From Eledone cirrhosa (Eukaryota): a DNA stretch of 64,000 nucleotides. This document shows, in pieces, positions 24,601-39,700 of this stretch. Location: contig OZ024752.1 of NCBI GenBank assembly GCA_964016885.1, positions 20,646,001-20,710,000 of the forward strand, written 5' to 3'. Made by a program: the position numbers and the translations under genes. Numbering within the stretch: the first letter of the stretch is position 1; every line of letters begins with the position of its first letter. The notes beneath the pieces were generated by a model. It searched no databases and was not told where the DNA came from. It saw only the letters and a program-made list of their open reading frames with translations.

Positions 24601-27600
24601 TTATGGTTTCACCTGAAGTGTTGATAGTTTTTACTTTCAGCCTAGGGCTGATAACAGTCCTCTGGCTGCTGCATTAGTAGAAATGTAGTAGAAATGTTAG
24701 CTGCATTAGTAGAAATATAGCCCCTAAGAAGACAGGATTCCTTCAGCAGACTAACATAAAACAGTAAAACTATATGCCATCAGTGATACACGCACATAGA
24801 CAGATCCAAACTTATATACAGGGTGCAGACGATATCTGTTCGCAAGATTACTGTCTAGGAAAAAATAACACAGTAGTTTTATTTTTTAAGATATATTTAT
24901 CAAACTTCGGTCAGTTTGTCTTCATGACTTGTTCTTTCGATCTCACTCGATAAACCCGCCATTGGCTTTGATGACGGCCTCGGAACCGGCTACAGGCCTT
25001 CGTCACTCTCCCCCGACTTAGGCCCCTAAAGGCATTTGTGATCCTGGCCTTCAGATCGTGTTTCGTATTGCAGCTAGATCTGTTGGTGTCTCGTTCCACT
25101 GCGCCCCACACAAAGAAGTCGAGGGGGTTGTAGTCAGGCGAGCTGGGAGGCCAGATGTCAGGTGAAGTGTAGTCGACGAAGTTCTCTGACAGCCAGGCTT
25201 GGGTCTTTCGGCTGGTATGGCAGGGTGCTGAGTCTTGCTGCCACACGTATGGCCTACCTGCAGCTACTTCGTCGATCCAGGGATTTACTACCTCGCTCAG
25301 AACGCAGATGTAGCCATCGGTGTTCAGCTTGAGCCCCTCAGGGAAGAAGTGAGGTGGCATGACGTCACCTTGACTGCTGACGACACCTAAGACCAATGTT
25401 GTCGCTGGAAACTTTGTCTGCATGACTCTGGGTACGTCTTTGGATGAGACAGCGAGCCACCTGTTGTTCTGGGAGTTGATCTTCTGGTCTTGGCAGAAGT
25501 TTTTCTCGTCGGAGAAAAACCACAGCATATCTGGCTCCAGTGGGTGTTTCAACTTGTTGATCAGCTTCTTTGCGTGCTTCAGTCGTTTTTCTTGCATTGT
25601 CCTTTCCTCATCTTGTATGAAACGTAGCGAATGTCTTCATGTACCACCAGCCTAATAAGCTTTTCATCCATGCCTTTCTCCCTTGCAATGGCACGCATCA
25701 ACTTGCTAGGTTCATTGTTGATGATATCCTGAACTTCAGCGACGAACTCAGGCGTTTGATCATGTGTTTTCCTCTCTGATGTTGCTTCGTAGTCGAATCC
25801 TGAATCTTCCAATTCCTTTCTGACCTTTTCCACCATTCTTCTGCTGACGCTGAGAAAGTCTGAAATTTCATTATTTGTCCTCCCAGCGCGGATTCCAAGA
25901 AGAACTCCGTGTCTCTTCCACAAATTTGGAGGTTCAAAATTATTCATAATCAATTATTCTGAAAATAAATAATGGAAATATAGTCACTGTTTTTATGAAG
26001 TCAAGAGTGACAACGGAAGTAAAAAAAATTTGCATAAAATTAGCAGTTGAAAGTTGCGAACAAATATCGTCCACACCCTGTATTGTGAAATCACTGGGAC
26101 ACCTTTTCTTCTTCTTTGCCCACTTATTCCTGAGAGGGTCATGGGGGAAGAGTCCTCAAACTCTCCTTCCAACAGATCCTGTCAGAAGCAACCATCTCTA
26201 ATTGATCTGGCTGGATCCCCAAGTGAGACCAGCTGAGATCATGGATATTATGCAGCCATCTTGCTCAAGGATTAAAGGTTGATTTTGCCCATAAAATCTG
26301 AGACATTCTAACCACATGCCCACAGAATCAGAATTGTGATCCCTCAATTTAGAGAAGTAGTGACCAGGAGCGACTCTCTGATCTCTGAGCTATGCACTCT
26401 GTCAAGTAATGTTACCACAAAGACCCTTTGGAGGAACCCCATTTCGGTCACTTTAATTTGTAATCGTATTCTTTCAGTCATTACCCAGTCATTACCATAG
26501 GTAAGGGTTGGCAGGAATACAAAATTAAAGATAGCAAGTTTGGCTTTTACACCTACCTCCCTTCTAATTACTGAATGCTGAAGCTGGTGTATTACTGCAC
26601 CAGCTTTTGCAATTCTTGCATTTAATTCAGCCTCTTTCCTTCACTCGTGAACACGGCTCCAAGATACTTGAACTTCTCCACATTCTAACCACATGTCCAT
26701 AATCTTGGAGCTGTGATCTCTCAATTTGGAGAAGTAGCGGCTATACCTGGAGAGACTCTTTGTTCTCTACTTGATAAAGAAATATAAAAGACCAACATAC
26801 CTATTTGTCGACTGAAAATTGTTGATTGCTTCTAATTCTTGAAGCTTAGCTTCCTTCACCCTGTTAATTGTCTCAGTAAAATCTTGTCTTTCCTGTTGTA
26901 ATGTAAGACGATGAGTTTCACGGAGTTGCTGCATCTCAGCAGATTTCTCTTCTGCAAATAATTCCAATGCTGCATGGTGGCGCTGTATCAAGCAAGATTT
27001 CTCGTCTTCAAGGCGCTGGATCTTTTCAAGGTTTTTCTTCAGGAGTTCTTCATTTTCTTGCCTCAGTCTAATCTCTCTCTCCTGCTGAGTGTCCTCTATC
27101 AGCTGAAACCTGGATCTGGAAAGTAATAAAAGAGAAAGAGAGAGAGAGAAATGTGAAGAGAGAGAGAGATGTGAAGAGAGAGAGAGAGAGTAGTGGAGAG
27201 AGAGAGAGATGTGGAGAGAGAGAGAGAGAGATGTGGAGAGAGAGAGAGTGAGATGTGGAGAGAGAGAGAGAGTGAGATGTGGAGAGAGAGAGAGTGAGAT
27301 GTGAAGAGAGAGAGAGAGTGAGATGTGAAGAGAGAGAGAGAGTGAGATGTGAAGAAAGAGAGAGAGAGTGAGATGTGGAGAAAGAGAGTGAGAGAGAGAG
27401 TGAGTGAGATGTGAAGAAAGAGAGTGAGAGAGAGAGAGTGAGGTGTGAAGAGAGAGAGAGAACTGACTTGTAAGATTGTTCAACAGTTTTGATCTCTTCA
27501 CTGCATCGTTTCTGGATCATTTCATTTAATATGGTTAGTTGTTCCTTTTCTATCTGAAGACGGTGTATCTATTAGAGGTAGATGAACACAGTAGATAGAT

Positions 27601-30108
27601 AAGGGTGCATAATGTATCGTTGATAATGTGTGTGTGTATATTTGACAGTGTGTATAATGTATATTTGACATGATGTATAATATATAATCAAGAATCTGAT
27701 ATATATGCACACGTGTAAACCCCCCCCCCCCTCACACAAACATTACCTTAATTTCAGCATCAGCTAACCCATCAAATGGAATATCTAAAGGCTTTATAGT
27801 AAGATTTGGCACAGTGTGACGACTGGGGTTGGGTTTGTTCGGTTCAGTGAGCAGCTGCATACTTTCTCGCCTGAAATTCTGTAAGATATTTTGGTCTTTG
27901 TGTTTATGTTGGTCCCTTGTATTACGTGAGGACATCTGTGAAGGATTTACTGCGGGTTCATCTGGTGGTGGTGGTGGTGCTGCTAATAGTGGGGATGTCA
28001 GCTGTTAAAAAAAAAAAGAAATTGATAAAATAAGTAATGGGGTTGATGTGAACCTGTCAAGGCAAAGCCCAAGCATGGCTTGTCTAAAGATTGAAACTAG
28101 TAAAACAATGGTATGGTCCAGTAACTTCTGAGGGAGTAGAAGGGGCACAGTATTGACATACAGTGTTTCTTGGGTATTTTAAGCCTGGTCAAGCCCATCT
28201 CTCTCCAGGTTTGAGTACAGAAGATTTCTTCCAGAGAAGGATAGAAAATGAGAGAGAAAGTGAAAAAGAGATATAGAGGAAGAACCAACCCCATAATTTG
28301 ACTGGTAGTTTTTTTTTTTATCAAGGATGAAAAGCAAAGTTAACCTCGGCAGGATTTGAACTCAGAGAGCCAAACACTACAAAACAATCTATCAAACATT
28401 CTAACAACTCTGCCAAGTTACCACCTAAAAGAATAAAAGAATATAAAAAACTAGTATTTACCGTTATTTCTTCAAGATTTTCAGAGACCTTGTTATGTTG
28501 AATGAAATAGGGGTCAGATTTTGATAAGGCACTGGATTTCTCCTGGGTTCCACTTGATTGAGTAATTGGTTCAGATTTTGACAAAATACTAGATTTTTCC
28601 TGGACTTCAGTTGGTTTGGGGACGGAGTTAAATTCAAAACTTTCAGCAGAGTTTGTAGATATTTCAACTTTCTCAGGGGTTTTGTGTGGAAGAACATTAT
28701 TCTGCTGAGCCAAGCCTTGTTTAGCTGGGTGAGAAATCTCAGTTGTGAGCAAATCATTCGAAGGAGCAGAAGTGGCTTTTTTAATTCCTAACCAATCGTC
28801 ACTGTCATCATCATCATCATCATTAAGAACAGCAGCAGATATTTTGCCTTTCTTTTCCTCTATTATTGGTTTCGTTGTCTTCACCTGAGATGTGGAAGTT
28901 TTTGTTGTGCTCTTTTCTTTACTTACTCCCATTAACCAGTCAAAAGTATCATCATCATCATTGTCGTCATCATTGAGAATATTATCAAAAGATGATTTTA
29001 GAGAGGAGCCTCTTCGATTGGCTGAATTTCCCGACAGAAAGGAGGGTTTACTTTCACCTTTGTCACGCAATCTATCAATCAAAGAAAAGTGGAAATTTAA
29101 TCTATATCATGATAAGAGCATTGTCTGTCTGTCCATCATGCTAACTTTATATAGATAGGGGGAGCGCCAAGTGAGAGATATGTACATAAATAGAGAGAGA
29201 AAAGGGAATGCTGTGTGTTTTCGAGGTGATAAAGAGGTAGACAGAAAGTTATGATGTCGCCCTCATCTATATAGAGAGAGGGCGAGCGCCAAGCAAGAGA
29301 GATGTACATAAATAGAAAGAGAAAAGGAACATCATTTATTTAGAAAGAGAGAGTCTGTCTGTGCGGGTGACAGAAAGAGGGAGAAGACGTCTCCCTCATC
29401 TAGCATTAATAAAAAAGTGGCTGGGGGGGGGGGGGGGGGGGGGCATCGCGTAACATTCCATATTTAGGTATCTGTGTTCTCACATGTAGTCACACGTCCT
29501 TTACCATAGTGTTGTGTCCCTAAACGAAGTTTATTTCCTTTAATAGTTACAATGTAATTTGTCTGCAGTATGTCTACAATGAGTCATAGACTAACATTGT
29601 TCTTTTCTTATGACCTAATTAAAAAATAAAAAAAAAGTAAAAACAATTATCATTAGTGGTAAGAACATCTCTGGAGAGCTGAACAGCAGAAGGTCTCACA
29701 TCAAAAAATAGAATGTTAAAAAAGAGAGGAAACTCTCCCCAATATATCTTAAACCGTCATAAACTGTCCAACCCATGAGCATGGAAAGCAGACATAAAAT
29801 CATAATAAGTAACGTGTGAGTGTGATTTGACTATTATTTTTAGCAGGTTACATTAATATGCTATGCAGAAATCCACCACCACCATATCGTGAACTGATTA
29901 ACTGCTATTACTGAAACTCCGAGGTTAACTTTGCCTTTCATCCTTACGGGGTCGATAAAATAAAGTACCAGTAATGTACTGGGTATTTGCTGGCCTTGTG
30001 CCAAAAAGTAGAAACAATTACTGAAATATTGAAACTGGTGACAATAATTGTGATGAAAGATGTGTCACAGTGTGTGTGAGAGAGGGAGCGATAGCAGGGA
30101 GTGCAAGA

Positions 30109-30187
<79 letters not shown>

Positions 30188-33100
30188 ATAGCCTACCTCC
30201 CATTCCTTGTATTTGATGATGATGATGAAGCAGTAGCAGCAGAAGGTACATATGAGCCAAAAGTAAAGTCCTCTTCCTTGTTTTTCCCCTGCTCAGAGGC
30301 TGGCAATAGTAAAGAGAGAATATAGTACAGTATAGTATAGTATAGTACAGTACAGGACAGTATAGTATAGTACAGTATAGTATAGTACAGGACAGTATAG
30401 TACAGTATAGTATAGTACAGGACAGTATAGTATAGTATAGTATAGTATAGTACAGTATAGTATAGTATATTACAGGACAGTATAGTATAGTACAGTATAG
30501 TACAGTACAGTATAGTACAGTACAGTATAGTATAGTACAGTATAGTATAGTACAGTATAGTGTAGTATAGTACAGTATAGTACAGTATAGTATAGTACAG
30601 TACAGTATAGTACAGTATAGTGTAGTATAGTATAATATAGTATAGTATAGTATTGGACAATATAGTATAGGACAATATAGTATAGTACAGTATAGTATAA
30701 TATATTACAGTACAGTACAGTACAGTACAGTACAGTACAGTACAGTACAGTACAGGACAGTACAGTATAGTATAGTACAGTATAGTACAGTACAGTACAG
30801 TACAGTACAGGACAGTACAGTATAGTACAGTATAGTATAGTACAGTACAGTATAGTATAGTACAGTATAATATAGTACAGAATAGTATAGTACAGTATAG
30901 TATAGCATAGTACAGTATGGTATAGTACATTACAGTACAGTATAGTACAGTACAGTACAGTATAGTACAGTATAGTACAATATAGTACAGAAAAGTACAG
31001 TATAGATAAGGACAGTATAGTATAGTATTGTACAGTATAGTATAGTATAATATAGTATAATATAGTATAGGACAGTCTAGGATAGTACAGTACAGTATAG
31101 TAGAGTACAGTATGGTATAGTATAGTATATGACACTATAGTAAAGGACAGTATAGTACAGTATAGTACAGTATAGTACAGTACAGTATAGTATAGTACAG
31201 TACAGTACAGTATAGTATAGTACAGTACAGTATAGTACAGTATAGTATAGTATAGTACAGTATAGCATAGTACAGTACAGTACAGTATAGTATAGTACAG
31301 TATAGTATAGAACAGTACAGTATAGTGCAGTACAGTACAGTACAGTACATTACAGTATAGTATAGTATAGTATAGTATAGTATAGTATAGTATAGTATAG
31401 TATAGGACAGTATAGTATGGTATAGTACAGTATAGTGTAGTACAGTATAGTATAGTACAGTATAATACACTATAGTATAGTACAGTACAGTACAGTACAG
31501 TACAGTATAGTATAGTACAGAATAGTGTAGTAAAGTTAAGTATAGTATAGTATAGTATAGTACAGTATAGTATAGGACAGTATAGTATAGTATAGTACAG
31601 TAGTTTAGTATAGTATAGTACAGAATAGTGTAGTATAGTTATGTATAGTACAGTATAGTATAGTATAGTACACTATAGCATAGTACAGTATAGTACAGTA
31701 TAGTACAGTGTAGTACAGTATAGTATAGTATATTATAGTACAGGGCAGTATAGTATAGTACAGTACAGGGCAGTATAGTATAGTATAGTATAGTACAGTA
31801 TAGTATAGTACAGTATAGTATAGTATAGTACAGTATAGTATAGTATAGTACAGTATAATATAGTATAGTGCAGTATAGTATAGTACAGTATAGTATAGTA
31901 CATAATAGTATAGTATAGTATAGTACAGTATAGTGCAGTACAGTATAGTATAGTACAGTATAGTATAGTACAGTACAGTACAGTATAGTATAGTATAGTA
32001 TAGCATAGTACAGTATGGTATAGTACATTACAGTACAGTATAGTACAGTACAGTATAGTATAGTACAGTATAGTATAGTACAGTATAGTACAATATAGTA
32101 CAGAAAAGTACAGTATAGTATAGTATAGGACAGTATAGTATAGTATAATATAGTATAATATAGTATAGGACAGTCTAGGACAGTATAGTACAGTACAGTA
32201 TAGTAGAGTACAGTATGGTATAGTATAGTATAGTATATGACACTATAGTAAAGGACAGTATAGTACAGTATAGTATAGGACAGTATAGTACAGTACAGTA
32301 TAGTATAGTATAGTACAGTATAGCATAGTACAGTACATTATAGTATAGTACAGTATAGTATAGTACAGTATAGTATAGAACAGTACAGTATAGTGCAGTA
32401 CAGTACAGTACAGTACAGTATAGTATAGTATAGTATAGTATAGTATAGGACAGTATAGTATGGTATAGTACAGTATAGTGTAGTACAGTATAGTATAGTA
32501 CAGTATAATACACTATAGTATAGTACAGTACAGTACAGTATAGTATAGTACAGAATAGTGTAGTAAAGTTAAGTATAGTATAGTATAGTATAGGACTGTA
32601 TAGTATAGTATAGTACAGTAGTTTAGTATAGTATAGTACAGAATAGTGTAGTATAGTTATGTATAGTACAGTATAGTATAGTACACTATAGCATAGTACA
32701 GTATAGTACAGCATAGTACAGTGTAGTATAGTACAGTACAGTATAGTATATTATAGTACAGGGCAGTATAGTATAGTATAGTACAGTATAGTATAGTATA
32801 GTATAGTACAGTATAGTACAGTATAGTATAGTACAGTATAGTATAGTATAGTATAATACAGTATAGTATAGTACAGTATAATATAGTATAGTATAGTACA
32901 GTATAGTGCAGTATAGTATAGTACAGTATAGTATAGTACATAATAGTATAGTATAGTATAGTACAGTATAGTGCAGTATAGTACAGTATAGTATAGTACA
33001 GTACAGTATAGTACAGTACAGTATAGTACAATACAGTATACTACAGTATACTATAGTACAGTATAGTATAGTACAGTATAGTACAATATAATGCAGTATA

Positions 33101-33677
33101 GTATTGGACAGTAGAGTACAATATAGTACAGTATAGTATACTATAGTACCATGTAGTATAGTACAGTAAAGTATAGTACAATACAGTATAGCATAGTATA
33201 GTACAGTATAGTACAGTATAGTATAGTACAATATAGTATAGTACAGTACAGTATAGTAGAGTATAGCAGAGTATAGTATAGTATAGTATAGAACAGTATA
33301 GTTCAGGACAGTATAGTACAATATAGTATAGTACAGTACTAGCAGAATGGCCCGGCGTTGCTTGGGATTTGCTCTAGGGTTCTCATATATTTATCCTTAT
33401 CGAGCCTCGTGAAGTAAATACGTTTGTTTATATTTTGTTATTTTATATGCAAAAATATCTGTACACGGATACATGATTATATATATATATATAACAGTAC
33501 AGAGAAGTACGGAATACCTCGGCCATGGGTTGGTGTCTACATTTTGTGCTTATAAAAAAAATTTGTCGTAGATTACCAGGGTTTTTTTCCGTTCGAAGAA
33601 AATCAATATTTTATCGCAAAATAAATACTTTTGTTTATATGTGTATGCAAAAATATCTGTACACGAATATATATATA

Positions 33678-33732
<55 letters not shown>

Positions 33733-36700
33733 CTGGTTGGAAAAAGTTCAGAGAGCTTATACCACTATTAGCTGCTAAAGGGTTCTCCCTAAAAATGAAA
33801 GGCAGGTTGTACAATGCCTGCATACGAACAGCAATGTTGCATGGCAGTGAGACCTGGGCATTGTGTGCAGAGGATATACGCAGACTAGAGAGGAACGAAG
33901 CTTGCATGCTCCGCTGGATGTGTAACAGTAATATACGTGAACGGCAAAGCATAAACGAACTAAGGAAAAAATTAGAAATAAGAGGGATCAGATGTTGTTT
34001 ACTCGAGAGAAGGCTACGTTGGTATGGACACGTGATGCGCATGAAAGTCGATAGCTGTATAACAAAGTGCAGGGCAATAAAGATAGACGGTAGCCACGGA
34101 ATAGGCAGACCTAGAAAAACCTGGGACGAGCTGATAAACTCCGACCTCACACACTTACACCTCTCCAAGACAATGTCACTGGACCGAGACCTTTGGCGGT
34201 ACTCAGTAACAGAGAAGACCCGCCTTACCTAAATACATAGTAAAACCTACTACACCCAGTAGGCATCTCTAACATTGTAGGCATACAGACAGATATTATA
34301 AGGGCGCAACGTTATATCTACGTATCTATCTAAAAAGAGAAAAACTAAGAATTATAGAGAGAGATCGCTAAATCGCCTAATGCGGTCCCTAGGGCATTGA
34401 AAATTTGAAAGTATTACATGTGTAAAGTTTGAAAAAACTCTTCTCTCTGAATTCAAATCCCGCTGAGGTCAACTTTGCTCTTCATCCTTTTAATTTCGAT
34501 AAAAAAAGTACCAGTCTAGTACTGGCGAAGGTTTTTCCTCAATATCTCTTTCTCGTTTCCTCTCTCACTTTCTATCTTCCTCCGGAAGAAATCTGCTGTA
34601 CTCAGGTCTGGAGAAGGATGGACTTGGCCAGGCTTAAAATACCCAAGAAACACTGTATGTCAATACGACGCCCCTATGACTATCAGGAGTTACAGGAAAA
34701 AAGGAAAGGAAACCATATGTATGTGGAGAGAGAGAGAGAGAGCTAAATAAAGTATAATTTAAATTAAGTGAAGAAGGTTCACTTTTAATGCATGTCATTA
34801 ATTTCCAGGTACTCTGTAACTCATATTTAGATCAGAGCATCATCATTGTCAGCAAGTTTGGAACATAACTTAACACAGGCTCTTGTATAAAACTATGATG
34901 GAAAGTTATTTGATAAATATAGACATCTTAAAATAGTTTTGTATCATAAGACCAGGAGCTGTTTCAAACATTTGGTGTCAAAAGGATTACTAAAACCTAT
35001 GGTGATAGCTAATTTAACTAATATCAGTTAATTATTAATCCACTAAAGGTTAAATGACTGCTAACATCAGCAGCAGGAATTGAAATCCCAGTGCATAGCC
35101 CAGTGGTAAGCATGTTCAATTTACGATCGAAATGCCATGGGTTCAATTCCTGGACAAAGTTGTGTTGTGTTTTTGAGCAAAACACTTCATTTCACATTGC
35201 TCCAGTATACTCAGCTGAAAATGAGTACCAACGATAGCTGGGGTTTAACCCTGTGAAGGACTGGTGTCTTGTCCAGTGAAAGAAGCCTTAAACTCTCAGA
35301 TGCTTCACACCACAAAAACAGAGATAATCACTGGCCTGATGAGCCTCTAGACTTGAGACAGACTTTAGACTTTTTAACATATAACACAATTATAAACTAA
35401 CTTACAATTATCACTAGGTTTATTCTTCAAAAGATCATCAACCAGGGATTTCTTCTCCTTAGAACTTCCAAAAATTTCAGTTGACGAAGATCTCGCAAAA
35501 AGATAATCCAAATTAGATTTTGAAGATTGTGTGTTGTCTTTTGGGCTGTCATTCAGACCAAGATCGTCAAATACATCTTCTTCATTATTAAATGTCACAG
35601 CCTTCTTTGGTAGAGCAGTTACTAGAAAGGTAAACATAAATAAATAATAATGGTGTTCACACACATACAAGCACTGAAACACTCACATATATAAGCACTG
35701 AATAGTGCACACACATATGTAGGCACTAAAACACACACATATATAAGCACTAAAACACACACCTAGGCACTCACAAACACAAACATGTGATCATTAACAC
35801 ACACATGCAAGCACTTTCTCATATACACACATATGTAAGCCATCAAACACATCCATATATGAAGGTCAGTAAAGATGGAAAAAGCTGAAGGGAACTAAGA
35901 TATACATTCGGGTCCCAAATAATAGAGTTGGAGGGGTTTGGAAAATCTGTAATTTTTCTAGGTTGTCTCCATTGATTTTTTTAAAAACCAGAATTAATCG
36001 TTTAGTTTACATATTGAGATCCCAACCCTTCCTATTTATCTTATAATGTATGGGATTTCTAGTAATGTATAAAGAAAATTAATTGTCGCAGGAATGCGAC
36101 CACTTAAAATAAAATTTCGCTGGAGGTAGATTAGCAAAATTTAATAAGCGGGGAAGTGGGTGCGAACGATCATTTGAGACCCAAGAGTATTTACCTTTAG
36201 TTTCTTTGAGTTGTGATGTGTTTGGAGTATTTGAAGGTAGATTAGGTGTGGTAGTCTTTGTTAGAGGTGGAGACACAACTGTAGGATTTGCTTTTGTTGT
36301 TGATATGATTGAGCTTAGCTTGGAAGTCATCTCTTTCTTGTTCATTGACTGTAGTAGACTGTCATCATCAGATAATAGTCCAGTTAAGTCTATATTGTCA
36401 TCAACTGGAAATAATTAAACAAGTTCATTAATGTGTTATTTGGGGAAAACATCCTGAAAGTTAAGTCATAAATGAATTTATATTCATGTGATTGGCCAAG
36501 TGAAATGAGTATGGCTACACCCATGACATGACTAAAATCAAACAGAAAGCAGTTGAGGTCAACCAGGGGAAGAAGACCTCCATCAGGAGTGAGAAGGCCT
36601 TGGATAGGATTGGATTGAGGTCAAGGGATATTTTCAAACCAAGATTTCCATAAGATCATATACAAATCATGGGCAATGGAGGCAATCTATTTCTCCTGTG

Positions 36701-39700
36701 CTCTTAGTCCTTACTTCTCCTGTGTATTGACCACATACAAAGTCTATCTTCTCTGTTAAGCTACCTGTAATTCCACTACATTTTTTGTGTGCCTATAAAT
36801 TACACTCTGCCCCTTATGGAATTTCTGCCCACCCATTTTCAACAAATCAAACAAGGCTACTTCACCAACAATATCAGGTACCCGTCTTCTTTTTTAAGTT
36901 TATTTGGGCCTTTTGTTTCTAGGTTTTCATTCCATATCTGGAATTTTACTTCTTACTCTACCACTGATTCAACTATAAGATCTAAATCATCAGCATGAAG
37001 GAGTTCCCATGGAGTGCCAATCTTAAACTTTTCTGTTATGATAAACTGAAGACTGTGCTCATTGCCAATTCTCACCTTGCTAGTTTCATCTCTATATATG
37101 GCTTCCTTGGCCCTTATGAGCCATTCATCTACACCTAGCTTCCTTAGTACCCACCAGATTACTAAACAGTCAACCCTATCAAATACCTTCTCTAGATCTA
37201 CAGTTTTGTTCTTAGCTAAGTACTTTTCCTGTAAATATGTGTCTTTGTGTGTAGAGAGAGAGAGGCTTCCAAAGGTCTACCATCATCATCGATTAACGTC
37301 TATCTTCCACGTTATCATGGATTAGACGGGTCCCATTTAGAGGCAAGTTGGGTAGGGTGACTGTGTCACGTTCATATAGGTTTTTTTATGGGTGGTTTTC
37401 TACGGCTGGATGCTCTTCCTACCGCCAACCACATTGACAGTGTGGGCTGGGTGCTTTTTGCTGTGTCTTTTACATGTCCACTTTACAGTGTGGGCTGGGT
37501 GCTTTTTGCCGTGTCTTTTACATGTCCAGTGTGGGCTGGGGTGGGGGGCATACTGTACATATGCTTCAGTTTGTGGGAAGTCGGGTCGTCTGTATTATTG
37601 CACATCACCAGAGATCTCGGTCATGTGTCATCTCCTTTGAGAGGTGCAATTGGGCAAGGCTGGCTTTATCACCTATCCCAGGTCTTCCTGGGTCTCCCCA
37701 CTCCAAGGCTTCAAACGACTTTGAGAGCTCTGCACTTTTTTATGCACTTCATATGCAACACATGTCCATACCAATACAACCTCCTCTCCTGCACACAGCA
37801 TTTGATTCCTCCTATGCCTAGTTTCTCTCTCAGTTCATCTATTCTTCGCCGTTCTTGCATATCACTATTACACATCCATTGGAGCATGCAGGTTTCGTTT
37901 CTTTCCAATCTACACAACTCTTCTGCACACAGAGCCCAAGTCTCACTACCATGCAACATAGCTGTATGTACGCACGTATCATACAGTCAGCCTTTCATTC
38001 TGAGGGAGAAGCTTTTGTAGCCAGCAGTGGTAGTAGCTCCCTGAACTTCCTCCATCCCGTTCTTACTCTGGCTACTGTACTTTCAGAACACACACCACCG
38101 CTGCTAATTCGGTCACCTAAGTAGCAGAAGCTATCTACTATTTCTACAGAGCCCTCTGAGAATTTGGTAGCGCTTGCTTCTTGTTTACTGTTCCAGTACA
38201 ACTGCCACATGTAAAGCCTACATTCTTAGCTAAACTTCCTGAGATCCCACTACATCTCTTGTATACCCATATTTTTCATATGGGGCAGAGGATGGAACAC
38301 CTTTCCTACATACTGGACAAGGCCATTTCCCTGAGGGGATTTGTTTTCTCTTCTAATTACTAGGACTTTAGTCTTTGTCAACTTGACTTTAAGACCCCTT
38401 CTTTCTAGGCCCTGCTTCTATGTTTGGAATTTCTTCTCTAGTTCCACCATGGATTCAGCTATGAGTGTAAGATCATCCGCTTACAGAAGTTCCCATGGGC
38501 AGCCGGTCTTAAACTTCTGTTATAGCCTGCAAAATGATAATAAACAGGAGAGGGCTAAGGACAGAGCCCTGGTGGATGCCAACTTGTACACTAAATTCGT
38601 CGCTATAGTCATTGTTAATCCTAACTTTGCTGACTGCTCCCCTATACATGGCTTGTACAGCCTACACAAGCCATTCATCTACTCCAAGTTTTCTAAGAGC
38701 CCACCATATTATGTCATGGGGCACTCTATCGAAAGCTTTCTCCAGATCAACAAATGCTAGGTAGAGAGGCTTACTTTTAGCTAGGTACTTTCCCTGTAAC
38801 TGTCTCACAAGGAAGAGGGCATCAGTGGTGCTTTTACCTGGCACATATCCAAACTGCATCTCATCTAGATTTACCCTGTCCCTAATCAACTGTGCTATGA
38901 CTCTTTCTGTTACTTTCATGACCTGGTCCATCAGTTTTATACTTCTATAGTTTCCTCTATCTAGTGCATCACCTTTACCTTTGTAGCAGTTGACAATGAT
39001 GCTGCTGCACCAATCCTTTGGTATGACATGCCCTAGTATTACCTGGTTAACAATACGTGTGATTATGGTGTGTCCTACAGACCCAGATGCTTACAGCATC
39101 TCAACAATTATTCCCAATGGACCGGCGGCTTTCCCAGTTTTCATATCCTTAATTGCCTTACTAACTACACTGCTACTGACTTGTACTGCTGGACCCTCAA
39201 TGGGGTTCGCTTGGTGTACGGTCTTTTTCTCCCATGCATTCTCTTCATTCAGTAATCTTTCATAATGGCTCTTTCACACATCTTTCTTCTCAGCACTTGT
39301 GAGGGCAAGTGCACCTTTATCATCCCGGACACATTGCTTACCTATGACATCACAATTTTCACTAACACACTGACTCGCAATCCTGAACACCTCCCATTTC
39401 TGGTCCTCACGCTGCAAAATATGATTGAATTTTTTATCCTCCGCTTTCCTTCTGCCTAAGTATATTTGTCGCCTAGCTTCCCTCCTGGTCTCTATGTAAT
39501 GTACCCTGCTCCTCCCATTCTTCCATTGTTTCCATGCCTGTCTCTTGGCCTTAATTGCTTCATCTACCTTATTGTCCCACCACTGAGTCACTCTCCTTCT
39601 CCCTGTAGTCTTGCCCCAACCACAAATCTCCTCTGCCGCTTTTAGTAGGTTATTTTTTAGGAACTCCCAGTGCTCTTCTATATTGAATATCTGTTCTTCT

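Noticed and set aside
27116-27467. SLSLH-repeat parts of ORFs 26767-27501 and 27068-27520
   Set aside because: GA-minisatellite intron bounded by GT-AG between two real exons
30320-33321. YYTIL/CTVL-repeat ORFs
   Set aside because: Translations of the pentamer satellite; only 30197-30299 of ORF 30193-30930 is a real exon
35334-35345. CTGATGAG as another hammerhead core
   Set aside because: No GAAA or stems follow; it is part of a SINE tail. The same lack of a core applies at 54614-54621
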